DNA from: a virus | Length of the DNA: 64,000 nt | Strand: one strand, 5' to 3' | Virus record (IMG/VR): IMGVR_UViG_3300049846_002561 | Location: 9,492 to 73,491 of that record | In this document: positions 8,777 to 18,448 of the stretch, in pieces | Layout of the letters: each line of letters opens with the position of its first letter | How positions within the stretch are numbered: position 1 is the first letter of the stretch | Notes under the pieces: generated by a model | Databases searched by the model: none | Told to the model about the DNA's origin: nothing | Seen by the model: the letters and a program-made list of their open reading frames with translations, nothing else | Program-made: the position numbers and the translations under genes

Positions 8777-8894
8777 ATAAAAAAATTTGGTGGTTCGGAA
8801 AATAGTGCCTAATTTTGTGTCAATCTTTGCTGCCGTAAACAGGAAGGAGGTTTGAAAGACATTATGCTTTTTGCTGGTAGAAAGCAAAAAAGCT

Positions 8895-8938
8895 AAAAAC
8901 AAACCCTCTGATTTTACGGGTCAGAGGGTTTTGTTTTT
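8895..8938. terminator. bidirectional intrinsic terminator-like hairpin
   Basis: AAACCCTCTGA/TCAGAGGGTTT 11-bp stem flanked by A and T tracts. Confidence 0.75.
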
Positions 8939-8988
8939 GTGGGCGGGACAACCATTTGCGCAAAAATTAATAAGTGTTACAAAGAGGA

Positions 8989-9199
8989 TCGACCAAAGCA
9001 CAATCATCGCCACGGAAGGAGAGAGATGAGGTCGAATCACGATGGAGTGATTAAGTTGTCTCCGACTACAGAGTTCCATTGACACCTGTAGGCACTCGAA
9101 AGTCCCCGACAACTCAAGGATTTCGATGCAAGTGCAAGCCCCTTCTGGGTAAGGGGCCCACTATGCACTCTCAAGAGCCCCTCCAATCTAAGGATTTCG
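8989..9199 (-). ncRNA. candidate structured ncRNA or structured DNA site
   Basis: several nested helices in a non-coding gap; G.U pairs and a TTCG loop favour the - strand. Confidence 0.4.
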
Positions 9200-9229
9200 G
9201 AAAGTAGTACATTCAAGGCGGATTTTTTT

Positions 9230-9237
9230 TATATTTG
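9230..9237 (+). promoter_or_regulatory. -7 promoter box TATATTTG (packaging operon), leaderless GTG start
   Basis: exact match 4 nt before GTG 9242. Confidence 0.7.
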
Positions 9238-9241
9238 CATC

Positions 9242-9505
9242 GTGTCAGTTATTCGAAAGCTAAGGGCGATAGTGTCGGCATATAAAAACTACGCTTTCCC
9301 CAACGAAGAAATTGAACAGATGGCCATTGGAAGAGCAAAGATCTGCGCAAAGTGCGATCACGCAAACCCAGACCATCCATTCAAATTATTGCTTGACGAT
9401 AACAGAACAAAGGACATAAAGGGGTTGGGCTGCGATATCTGTCACTGCCCAATATCAGCCAAGATAAGGCAGATATACACCGGTTGTCCGGAAAAGAAAT
9501 GGTAA
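9242..9505 (+). CDS. small Cys-rich (Zn-binding) phage protein
   Basis: CAKC ... CDICHCPISAK ... CPEKKW pattern. Confidence 0.7.
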   Translation: MSVIRKLRAIVSAYKNYAFPNEEIEQMAIGRAKICAKCDHANPDHPFKLLLDDNRTKDIKGLGCDICHCPISAKIRQIYTGCPEKKW

Positions 9506-9538
9506 AAACTTATAAACAAATTATAAACACAAAACAAA

Positions 9539-10108
9539 ATGGGAAAAAAAACAGCATCACAGATACTAAGGGACTGCGAGGAAAGAGCAAAATTCCTTGA
9601 TAAGCTCGCTCAAACAGTAAACACCTTCATCTCTCCAAAAAATGGAGACCGCTTTGACTACGCGACAAAAGACTCCATCAACGATGAGGTGGTAAGTGCC
9701 ATAAACAACCTCAAGACCATCGAAGAAGAGCTCATGGGTAGACTCGGACTGAGCTACACCAACACCCCCTACACTCGCTTCGACTACATCGTGAAGTCAC
9801 CGGGAAGACAGTTCAATACTCTAACAGAGATCCAGTCATACTACTCACCACTCATTGCCAGAATGCGCATGAGCATGGAAGAGGAGAATGCCGTTGATGG
9901 CTTCATCAATGACGGACTCGGGCAGGGAACAAATGAGGTGGTGCCACCATCCACAAACCCACGCCCCGTTGGTAGCGGAAGCCGCGAGATCACAGACAAA
10001 GCCGATGCCATGGGCGGCACCAACTGGGCAGATGCCGAGGCAGCCATCATCGCCTCCCTGGACACCATCAACTCAGCACTAATGGGTGACATTCCAAACA
10101 TCAGCTAA
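9539..10108 (+). CDS. hypothetical protein, paralog of the next gene
   Basis: AINNLKTIEEELMGRLGLSYT resembles the downstream protein. Confidence 0.7.
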   Translation: MGKKTASQILRDCEERAKFLDKLAQTVNTFISPKNGDRFDYATKDSINDEVVSAINNLKTIEEELMGRLGLSYTNTPYTRFDYIVKSPGRQFNTLTEIQSYYSPLIARMRMSMEEENAVDGFINDGLGQGTNEVVPPSTNPRPVGSGSREITDKADAMGGTNWADAEAAIIASLDTINSALMGDIPNIS

Positions 10109-10584
10109 TGAAAAAGACAGTAGACCAACTACTTCTCCTGTCAAGGGAATGGCAGCTCGCCATAGACTCAATGCTCCACTCCGCCGTAGAGCAGGAAATG
10201 GATCCTACAACCAAGGATGCCCTATTCGTAAGCGGAGCGGATGCTGTAAATGCCCTTCGATCAATAGAAGAACAGATTCATATAGCCCTTGGGTATTCAT
10301 ACACAAGGAGCACCTATGATCCAACTATCTCTTTCGAGAAAAGGGTAGGCCTACCGCAGATCGAGCACGCAGGAGATGTAAAAGAGTACTACATCGAAAG
10401 GATGAACGAAATACTCGACGCCATAACCGATGAGATCGCTAACGACTCATACCTCGGCGATGCCGCGCACGCAAACCAGCGATTCGAGAAAAATCCAACC
10501 CACACCTCAAAGGAAGGGGATTTTCAGACGGCTATATCTGACATCATCTCAACCCTCGAGGCAGACGTAGTAGATAACTCCTGA
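10108..10584 (+). CDS. hypothetical protein, paralog of the previous gene
   Basis: AVNALRSIEEQIHIALGYSYT; TAATG coupling to the upstream gene. Confidence 0.7.
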   Translation: MKKTVDQLLLLSREWQLAIDSMLHSAVEQEMDPTTKDALFVSGADAVNALRSIEEQIHIALGYSYTRSTYDPTISFEKRVGLPQIEHAGDVKEYYIERMNEILDAITDEIANDSYLGDAAHANQRFEKNPTHTSKEGDFQTAISDIISTLEADVVDNS

Positions 10585-10613
10585 GCGGAAACGAAAATAT
10601 AGAAAAGCGCAAG

Positions 10614-12950
10614 GTGGTCCGTGAGAACCACCTTGACTTTTTATTTGAGTTATATTCACAGGGAGTAGAGCTCACACTCGAGCAAAAAGCACAGCTATAC
10701 GAAAGTAAGCGTATAGCCGAGAATCCAATAAAAAGAAACGAGAACGATCTACCGGACAACATCTCCGAAAAGAAACTCCTTTCCAAGGAGGCCCTTGCAA
10801 TAGATCAGAACGTTGACATCGTAACAGAGGCCGGGCCACTGGTAATAGCAGACGACGACCTAGAAGAAAGAAGGAAGAAAGGTAAGTACATATTCGAGGG
10901 AAGGAAGTTCGATATCACCAAAGACGAGTGGATGCCCAAGTCCACGATCGACCACGAGCCCGACTTTGTAAGGTGGGTGGACTCTATACTCGATATGGGA
11001 TTCGAAAACAGAGTAAACTACAGAAAAATAAACCTATACGTTCAACAGGCATATACCTGGCTAGCTCAAAAAGACACCTACCTCGACTTCCCAAATGCAG
11101 AGGAAAGGAAAGAGTTCATGCTCGAAGAAACGCGTAGGTGCGACGAAAACACGCTTTACTTCCTCAATAAATACGTTTACTACCAAGAGGGAGACGCCGA
11201 CACCGGAAAGTTCAAGTACACCGCATCCCCAGCACACGAGGTAATGGCATACCTCAACGACTGCGGTTACTCAGCGTGCTACGTAAAGGGACGTCAGATA
11301 GCGGCAACAACAACCCTCATGGCGTGCGACGTTAAAGACATGATATTCAAGAAGAACCACTTCATGAAGTTCATAACCGAAGATCAGGAAAAGGCAGAGG
11401 AGATCTTCGAAGATAAACTCAAGTACTGCTTCTCCCAGCTGCCAGACTGGATGAAGCCCGACGTACAGAACGAAAGGGACAACTACTTCAAGCTAGGTAA
11501 AAAAGAGGGTAAAGGAAACCGAAACGGAGTGAACTCCAGGATACGCGTAGTGCCGCCAAAGAAAACAGCGATCGCCGGTGGAGCGCCACAGAAAGTAAAG
11601 ATAGACGAGGCCGGAAACATAGGACTTCTGACCGTAATGATCAACAATGCACGTCCAACGATGTTCATGTATGACCCCGCAACAAAATCAATGAAGATGA
11701 AGCGTCAGCTCATTTTCTGGGGGACAGGGGGCGAGATGGAAAAAGGAGGAATGGCATTCCAGGTGGAGTTCATGTCACTGCTAAAGCAATGGAAGGAGCG
11801 TAACTTCAAGTCAGGCATTATCCCTATCTTCTTTAACTGGACGTGTCGCCCGGGAGCTACGCAGGAGCTGTACGACGCTGAGAAATCCGTGGCCTACTCA
11901 AAGGAAGGGCCAGACCTCAAAAAGTCAATAATAGAGTTCCACCAATCATGGCCAAAGTCACTGGCCGATGTATTCATGACCTCAGAGAAAACACTCGTGA
12001 GCCACGAATACATAGAAAAGCAGATAAGCAGGATAAAAGCAGCAAACGTAAAGTTCAAGCATAAGCTCGTTGAACGAGGGTTCTTTGAGCCGATATATGA
12101 CTTTACATCACCGGCACCAGAGGCCTCCGACGTTCCATATAAGATCATAGGAGCCAACTTCGTGCCTTGTGACTCCATAGACCCAAGGGCCTCAGTGGTT
12201 ATCTTCTCTCATCCAAAGAGAGGGTGGGAGCACCGCTACTTCCAGGGAACCGACCCTATATCAACAGACACCGGGCTCTCAAACTTCTCAAGCGCCGTTT
12301 GGGACAAGCACTTCAAGACATTCGCTGCAATGCTCGACTTTAGGACAAAGGACTACAGAGCCACATTCCTTCAATCCGTACTGCTCGGGCTTTACTACGA
12401 TACCAGGCCAAACCCAAGGGGTATAAAGGAACTCGTGGAGGCAAACATCGGTCAGTCTTACACCCAGTACAAGGAAAATAAAGGCTTTGGAGACTCATTG
12501 GTGCTCAACTACGAGCTACCTCCATACCTACAAAACAAAACGACCATAAATGAAGGTATTGGCATAGACAACAAAGGAGCAAGGAATACCGTGATCGTAA
12601 ATAGACTTCACGAGCTGATTCAGGCATACGGCGACAATCTATTTATAGAGATATTCTGGGAGCAGCTAAAAACATTCGTGTGTGAGGTAACCGACGGAGG
12701 TAAAGAGTCCTGGGGGCCATCCAACAGAAAGTTCTTCCGAGATGACACCCTTTTTGGAGGAAATTATTCTTATATTTGTGCTGAGCTGTGCTACCCTGAA
12801 CTAAACCCGGTAGACAACGAAACAACAAACAAAAAGACAGAAATCGTTAAGTACGAGCTGACCTACGACGAGAACTATAACCTCGTAAGAATGCCAGTGA
12901 GATACATAAATGGAAAACGTGCAAATACTTTTCAAGCCAAAAGAAGGTAA
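10614..12950 (+). CDS. terL: terminase large subunit
   Basis: KGRQIAATT Walker A-like, KIDEAG Walker B, GTGG, GTDP nuclease, VEAN, C-terminal DD; located before the portal. Confidence 0.85.
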   Translation: MVRENHLDFLFELYSQGVELTLEQKAQLYESKRIAENPIKRNENDLPDNISEKKLLSKEALAIDQNVDIVTEAGPLVIADDDLEERRKKGKYIFEGRKFDITKDEWMPKSTIDHEPDFVRWVDSILDMGFENRVNYRKINLYVQQAYTWLAQKDTYLDFPNAEERKEFMLEETRRCDENTLYFLNKYVYYQEGDADTGKFKYTASPAHEVMAYLNDCGYSACYVKGRQIAATTTLMACDVKDMIFKKNHFMKFITEDQEKAEEIFEDKLKYCFSQLPDWMKPDVQNERDNYFKLGKKEGKGNRNGVNSRIRVVPPKKTAIAGGAPQKVKIDEAGNIGLLTVMINNARPTMFMYDPATKSMKMKRQLIFWGTGGEMEKGGMAFQVEFMSLLKQWKERNFKSGIIPIFFNWTCRPGATQELYDAEKSVAYSKEGPDLKKSIIEFHQSWPKSLADVFMTSEKTLVSHEYIEKQISRIKAANVKFKHKLVERGFFEPIYDFTSPAPEASDVPYKIIGANFVPCDSIDPRASVVIFSHPKRGWEHRYFQGTDPISTDTGLSNFSSAVWDKHFKTFAAMLDFRTKDYRATFLQSVLLGLYYDTRPNPRGIKELVEANIGQSYTQYKENKGFGDSLVLNYELPPYLQNKTTINEGIGIDNKGARNTVIVNRLHELIQAYGDNLFIEIFWEQLKTFVCEVTDGGKESWGPSNRKFFRDDTLFGGNYSYICAELCYPELNPVDNETTNKKTEIVKYELTYDENYNLVRMPVRYINGKRANTFQAKRR

Positions 12951-13497
12951 GCTAAAGCAGATGTACCCTGAGCTTAACTCCAACAAGAAGTTCAAGGATC
13001 TGTCCGGGGAAGAACTTCTTTTTGTTTGGTACTATGCATGTAAGTCCAGTCCCATAGACCCTTCATTGCCAGATGCTTTAAGGGCAAATACTGCCGCCGC
13101 AGAATCAATAAAAAGGGACAAAGCCAAAAGAGAGAAGTTCTCAAACCTAGATTTCCCCGAGCGCATAAAAGAGGCTATAGAGGAAATGGAGAAGTACAAT
13201 CCAGACGTCAGGATGGTAGCTAAAAGGATCATTCAGAACAGCTTCAACATGCTCGAAAAAATGTCAAACACCTCGATCGATCAGTTTGAAACAGTTGAAG
13301 ACGACGGCAAGGGGAACTCCATAAAAAAAATAGACTGGTCCGGAAGGAAACAGTTCGTTGATACCGTAGCGAAAATAGCAGACACCATGCCCGCTCTGAT
13401 CGCTCAAATGGAACAGGGATATGGCATTGTTGACGAAAAGGGAGAAAACGCATCAGAAAAAATTATTGACATATACCACTCAAGAAAAGAAGAATGA
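12910..13497 (+). CDS. hypothetical protein between terminase and portal
   Basis: 195-aa ORF overlapping both neighbours. Confidence 0.65.
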   Translation: MENVQILFKPKEGKLKQMYPELNSNKKFKDLSGEELLFVWYYACKSSPIDPSLPDALRANTAAAESIKRDKAKREKFSNLDFPERIKEAIEEMEKYNPDVRMVAKRIIQNSFNMLEKMSNTSIDQFETVEDDGKGNSIKKIDWSGRKQFVDTVAKIADTMPALIAQMEQGYGIVDEKGENASEKIIDIYHSRKEE

Positions 13498-15767
13498 TAT
13501 TTTTAATAGACACCTCAGAGTCCAGGCCAGACATGCTGGAAGGATCCAAAGATGAAAAGTATCATCTTTCAATGGCAAGGTACGCCGTTGGGCAAGCAAA
13601 CACCCAGAAACACCTGGAATTTGTGTCAAACATTGAGAGGAACAGACGCTTCTACGCCGGAGATCAATGGTACCTTCAGGAAGACACCGAGACTTTTTTT
13701 AAAGACGAGAACAACCAAGAAAGGAACAGGATAAAGGTTATAAACAATACCATCCGTCCAATGGTTGAGAACTACAGGGGTAACGCCATAAGGATGCAAA
13801 TAAACGCCAACGCAAAAAGCATCTCACCACTGGCTATATCTAGAAGGCAAAAGATCCTCTCAAAGATGCTTTTCTTCACAGACATAGCAAACGAAGAAGG
13901 CAACCCATTTAAGCAAGATCTCCAAAAAAGACTGCCCATAGGTAATAGTCAATCTGAAACTGAAGACACTTTTAATAATCTTTATACCGACAGGTATGTA
14001 GAAACGATCAACGACCTTCTGTCGTTTGTTTCAGATAAAAATAAATTTCAGTCAAGGCAGGTGCGAGCAGCCGAAGACCTGGCTTTATGTGGCCTTGCGG
14101 TAATGAAAGATTTTGAATCAGGAGGGCACCAATACTTTGACCTCGTTCCGCCAGAGCACTTTATATGGGATCGATCGTGCAAGGAAAGCGACCTTTCAGA
14201 TTCTGAGTTCATGGGAGAGCTCAAGTACATGACCCTTTCTGATATAAATGAAGAGGCGCCTAATTTAACGGCGGATGAAAGGAAATCTATACAAGCGTAC
14301 ATCGCTTCAGGTTCAAACACAAATGCCAATGGAAGCACCCTTGAGGCCGGCGTAGAAACGAAATATACATACGGCGGAAGGTGCCCCGTTTTCTACATGG
14401 TATGGAAGGATACAGAGAAGCATGAATATGGATACGTGAAGGATCCGTTTGGATATCCATACTTTACAAGGATAAATCACAAAGAGGACTGGGAAGATGC
14501 GCCTAAATACACCGACAAGGACCTTATTGAAGTTGACTCCGTAAGGTCAAGGAGATTACTGAAGGGTAAACTCAAGGCCTCCGTGTACACAGACGTAATA
14601 AGATACTGCAACTTTATTCCAAGGGAAGTTCTTTTAAGCCCAACGAATGCCGACAAAGAAAAGATTCACGACGTAATACTAGAGTGGGGACTCCTTCCTT
14701 ATCAGGAAACAGAAAACCTTGATGTTAGCAACGTCAACTATCCATACAAATGCTGCACGTGGGCATACGTGGATGGACAGGTGCTATCGCCCGTTGATGA
14801 CGCCATAAGCCCTCAGAGGATGATAAATAGGGTTCTATCTGTTGCCGAAAATCAAATCAATAACTCACGGGGATCGGGAACGTTCTACGACAAGTCAATG
14901 GTAGATCCGCAGGATGGAGAGGCAGAGATGCTGAGGAACATGAACCAGTCTAAACCGGTTGGAATAAACGCAAAGGGAAGGGGCATCCAAAACGCCGTTA
15001 GCCAATACGATACAACGGTAAAGAACGGAACAATGACGCTCTTTAACATCGTTTCACTGATGTCTGACTACACCCAAAAGATGACAGGCATAAACGAGGC
15101 TATCAAAGGAGAGTCTACTGGCTCAGACCAGCTTGTGGGCGTTACCCAGCTAATGATCCAAAGGGGATCTTTAATGCAAGAACCGTTCTATAACGCGATC
15201 ACGAGCCTATACCTTCAGTGTTATCAGTCAATAGCCTCTAGGGGCGTGAAAATATATGCCGACAACGAAAGGGAACTCACCATTGCCGTTGGAGACGTGG
15301 GGGCTAAGATTGTAAACATAACAAAAGACATGAAGCTCGAAGACTTCAGGGTCTTTGTGAAGAGAGATAATCCAGACGATGTACTCGTTCAATCAGGAAA
15401 TCAAATGCTTACCTTCTTGCTACAAATGCAACTCATAAACAATGAGGACTTCGCTCTTATGTATGGAAGGTTCACCCCAGACATGATCACCGCGTCACTC
15501 AGAAAGAAAGCCCTGGAGAACAAAGAGCTAGGAAAGATGCAAGCCCAACAGGAACAGCAGCAGTCCGAAGCCGCAATGATGGAAGCTCAAAAGGCACAGG
15601 CTCAGCAAGAGATGATGTACAACGAGGCCGTGGCAAGGGACGACATCAAAGACCTACAAAACAAAAAGCACGAAGAGAGATTGCAGGCCATGAAAAATCT
15701 AGGCTCTATTGCCAAGAACAGTCCAATGGCCCAAAGAAAAATACTGGAAGACTCAAAAAATTTGTAG
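13494..15767 (+). CDS. portal protein (P22/crAss-like)
   Basis: RRFYAGDQW, VINNTIRPMVENYRG, QRMINR, MTGINEA..G, Gln-rich C-terminal coiled coil; gene order. Confidence 0.85.
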   Translation: MIFLIDTSESRPDMLEGSKDEKYHLSMARYAVGQANTQKHLEFVSNIERNRRFYAGDQWYLQEDTETFFKDENNQERNRIKVINNTIRPMVENYRGNAIRMQINANAKSISPLAISRRQKILSKMLFFTDIANEEGNPFKQDLQKRLPIGNSQSETEDTFNNLYTDRYVETINDLLSFVSDKNKFQSRQVRAAEDLALCGLAVMKDFESGGHQYFDLVPPEHFIWDRSCKESDLSDSEFMGELKYMTLSDINEEAPNLTADERKSIQAYIASGSNTNANGSTLEAGVETKYTYGGRCPVFYMVWKDTEKHEYGYVKDPFGYPYFTRINHKEDWEDAPKYTDKDLIEVDSVRSRRLLKGKLKASVYTDVIRYCNFIPREVLLSPTNADKEKIHDVILEWGLLPYQETENLDVSNVNYPYKCCTWAYVDGQVLSPVDDAISPQRMINRVLSVAENQINNSRGSGTFYDKSMVDPQDGEAEMLRNMNQSKPVGINAKGRGIQNAVSQYDTTVKNGTMTLFNIVSLMSDYTQKMTGINEAIKGESTGSDQLVGVTQLMIQRGSLMQEPFYNAITSLYLQCYQSIASRGVKIYADNERELTIAVGDVGAKIVNITKDMKLEDFRVFVKRDNPDDVLVQSGNQMLTFLLQMQLINNEDFALMYGRFTPDMITASLRKKALENKELGKMQAQQEQQQSEAAMMEAQKAQAQQEMMYNEAVARDDIKDLQNKKHEERLQAMKNLGSIAKNSPMAQRKILEDSKNL

Positions 15768-15784
15768 GAAATGTCGGAAATTCA

Positions 15785-15792
15785 TATATTTG
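15785..15792 (+). promoter_or_regulatory. -7 promoter box TATATTTG (scaffold-capsid operon)
   Basis: exact match in the portal-scaffold gap. Confidence 0.7.
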
Positions 15793-15832
15793 CGTCAGTT
15801 CTTTTTAATTAGTCTAAATAAAAATACGAAAA

Positions 15833-17092
15833 ATGGATACAGGAAAAAAAGAAGAAGCCCCGAAAAGCAACGTCATAGACATACTTGGGGGATTAGCTGA
15901 CCCAAAAGTTCTAGGAGAAGTTGTGGCATTGGAGAAGAAAAAGACGGAAGAGGGGACCGGAAATAAAAATGAGGCGCCTAATCTGGAAAACGGAAACGGT
16001 GAATCTCAAGAAGAAGGAGAGCAGGAGGGTGAAAAAACGGTAAAGAAAAACAATGCTACCGATAAAAACGAAACCTCAACAGTAAATGAGACGGAGGAAG
16101 AGGAAGGTGGCGCAAACGAAGAGGAGCAAGAGGAAGAAGAGGGGCAAGAAGAAGAAATTGAAATACCGGATAATAAGTTTGGTTTCAAGAAGAAAAAGAA
16201 AGAGGTAAAGAAAGAAATCAAAATTGAAAAATTCGACGATATCCCTTCGGTGATAAAGTCGAAATATGGCCAGGACATTAAAGATCCAAAGGTGCTGGCC
16301 AAGTTCTTTGAAAAGTCAGTAGACAAGTGGAGAGCCGATTCCCAGAACCTTGAAAAGGTTTCTAAAGAGCTTAACGAAGTGAAAGCTCAAAAGGATAACG
16401 CCATCTCTTTGTTTGAGAACATGCCTTCAGACCTGTTGGAAGCCACAAAAGCGCACTACAGGGGTGAAGACTATAAAAAGTATCTCAACCAAGGATCGCT
16501 TGATTTTACTAAAGAGAAACACAGTACAAAAGCTCTCGTAAATCACTATTTTAAAGGTGAATTTACGGACGATGATTTTGAAGCGGAAGAGAAGTCAAAA
16601 GCTCTCATTATCGCTGAAAAAGAGTCGATTGCTAAATATGAGGCAGAGAAGAAGGACCGAGAACAACGTGCTAAACTACATGTGGAGCAGGCTGAGAAAA
16701 AAACAAAAGCCTACGCCGCGTCAGTAAAAAGTTCCGTTGAGGCTCTAAAAAAAGACTTCCCTGATATGGCTGCAGATGTTATAGAAGACATCAATAGCAC
16801 CCTTTCAAGTGGTCAACTGTTGTCCAAATTCTTCAACTCCGACGGAACGCTCAAGCCAACTGCCGCTAAAATGCTTGCGCTTGCCGAACACGGAGAGTCC
16901 TTTATTGCGCAGCTGATGGAAGTAGCGGAAAGACAAGGTGAATCCCAAGCGAATGAACGCTTTGTTGACAGGGCAAGAAAAAAACCCGTAGCAAGCAAAA
17001 AGCACGGAGCCACCGAAAAAGTACGAAAAGAAGTTGCTGAAAAGATCGAAGAACTCATACCCTCTCAGATAGTAGGGAAGAGAACGTTTTAA
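15833..17092 (+). CDS. capsid scaffolding protein (putative)
   Basis: acidic low-complexity N-terminus, helical/coiled-coil body, position between portal and capsid. Confidence 0.7.
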   Translation: MDTGKKEEAPKSNVIDILGGLADPKVLGEVVALEKKKTEEGTGNKNEAPNLENGNGESQEEGEQEGEKTVKKNNATDKNETSTVNETEEEEGGANEEEQEEEEGQEEEIEIPDNKFGFKKKKKEVKKEIKIEKFDDIPSVIKSKYGQDIKDPKVLAKFFEKSVDKWRADSQNLEKVSKELNEVKAQKDNAISLFENMPSDLLEATKAHYRGEDYKKYLNQGSLDFTKEKHSTKALVNHYFKGEFTDDDFEAEEKSKALIIAEKESIAKYEAEKKDREQRAKLHVEQAEKKTKAYAASVKSSVEALKKDFPDMAADVIEDINSTLSSGQLLSKFFNSDGTLKPTAAKMLALAEHGESFIAQLMEVAERQGESQANERFVDRARKKPVASKKHGATEKVRKEVAEKIEELIPSQIVGKRTF

Positions 17093-17110
17093 TCTTAAAC
17101 AAAAAGCAAT

Positions 17111-18385
17111 ATGTCACAAAAAGCATACACTCCCGGGATCGGAAACAGCATCTTCGGGATGTTGACAGCAAACCCTCAGTCGTCAAACTATGGCACTGAA
17201 TCAGGTTATTCTCCAACGGAGACCAACCTTATCGCAAAGGCGATTAAAAATGCAATCTTTGACTCTGCCCCTGAGCAGTTCAACGCTTTGCGCCTCATCT
17301 TCGAAAAGCCGATGGAAGAAAAGCTCGGTCGCGAATTTGAGTACCTCGAGAAAACATTCGGACGTAGCGCCCTGGAAGCTACTGCAGGTGTAGCGGCTCA
17401 GCCAGCAGTGGTTGGTGTCCCTCAGACGCAGGTGATTCCTATGACCGCGAACTCCGTGAGCCGTATCACCCCGGACCTCATCATTGTTTACCCAAATAAC
17501 GCAAAGGCTGTGATCAAGTCGATCGCCGGTCTTAACGTTACCGTTGAGTCTCAAACAAGTGACGGCCTGCCTGCGGTTTCAAATGGAGACGTGTTCTCTA
17601 TTATGTCTACCATCCAGGCAGATGGAATGGACTACTTCTCGAACTACGAGAGGATGGAGACCATCACCCGCTACAACTACATTCAGGAGTTCCTGCGCGC
17701 TCGTCGTTGGACCAGAATGGAGCTTGCCCAATTCGAGAACCTCGGCACAACCGACTACCTCGTAAAGGACAAGGCGGAGACCATCCGTCAGCTTCGCGTT
17801 GACTTGTTCAATGCGTTCTTCAACGGACAGCGCGGTGAGTTCCAAATCAGCAACAACTACGTGACAACCGCCATGGGAGGAATCTTCCCTACAATGGTTG
17901 ACGCTGGTTCTGCTAACGCGAACCCAACCCTCGCCGGATTGATCCCTGTGTTCAAGTCCCTTGCCTTCAATACCAACTTCAAGGCAGAAGGTGGAACCCG
18001 TTTCATCTACGGAACTCAGGAGATCCTTCATGAGTTGAGCGGAGTGTTCAAAGAGCCAGGCTTGCGCTATGCTCCAAACGACACCATCGCGTCCATGGAC
18101 CTCAAGAAGTACAATTTCGGTGGAATGAACTTCGTTCCGGTTCCTTGTGAGCTGTTCCGCGAAGTGTCTTGCTTCCCTGCCGATTGGGCTCGCAGGATCC
18201 TCGTTCTCGATCAGGAAACGATCTCCCCTGTAAGGATGAAAGGTATTCCTTACATGAGCGTAGGTCAAACCCTTGATCGTGGAGCCAACGGTACTCGCGA
18301 GAACTTCAAGGACTTCTACATCGAAGCAAACCTGTCACTCCAATTCCACAACCCACTTGGGTCGTTCTGGATCGACATCCAATAA
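17111..18385 (+). CDS. major capsid protein
   Basis: 424 aa, strongly biased codons, RYNYIQEF and TAMGGI motifs, followed by a terminator; gene order. Confidence 0.8.
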   Translation: MSQKAYTPGIGNSIFGMLTANPQSSNYGTESGYSPTETNLIAKAIKNAIFDSAPEQFNALRLIFEKPMEEKLGREFEYLEKTFGRSALEATAGVAAQPAVVGVPQTQVIPMTANSVSRITPDLIIVYPNNAKAVIKSIAGLNVTVESQTSDGLPAVSNGDVFSIMSTIQADGMDYFSNYERMETITRYNYIQEFLRARRWTRMELAQFENLGTTDYLVKDKAETIRQLRVDLFNAFFNGQRGEFQISNNYVTTAMGGIFPTMVDAGSANANPTLAGLIPVFKSLAFNTNFKAEGGTRFIYGTQEILHELSGVFKEPGLRYAPNDTIASMDLKKYNFGGMNFVPVPCELFREVSCFPADWARRILVLDQETISPVRMKGIPYMSVGQTLDRGANGTRENFKDFYIEANLSLQFHNPLGSFWIDIQ

Positions 18386-18392
18386 TCCAATC

Positions 18393-18425
18393 GGGGAGCA
18401 GTGACGCAATCATTGCTCCCCTTTT
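18393..18425 (+). terminator. intrinsic terminator after the major capsid gene
   Basis: GGGGAGCAGTGA-CGCAA-TCATTGCTCCCC-TTTT. Confidence 0.8.
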
Positions 18426-18448
18426 ATTAAAACAAAAAAACACGAAAC

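Noticed and set aside
8487-9112. Short ORFs 8487-8693, 8711-8902 and 8921-9112
   Set aside because: They overlap the tmRNA pieces, promoter, terminator and structured region, and show no protein-like features.
17579-18268. 229-aa antisense ORF over the major capsid gene, and similar shadow ORFs elsewhere
   Set aside because: Explained by the strong codon bias of the sense gene; no independent start context.
10614-18385. Introns or inteins in terminase, portal or capsid genes
   Set aside because: The ORFs are continuous, with no intein splice motifs or homing-endonuclease inserts recognised.
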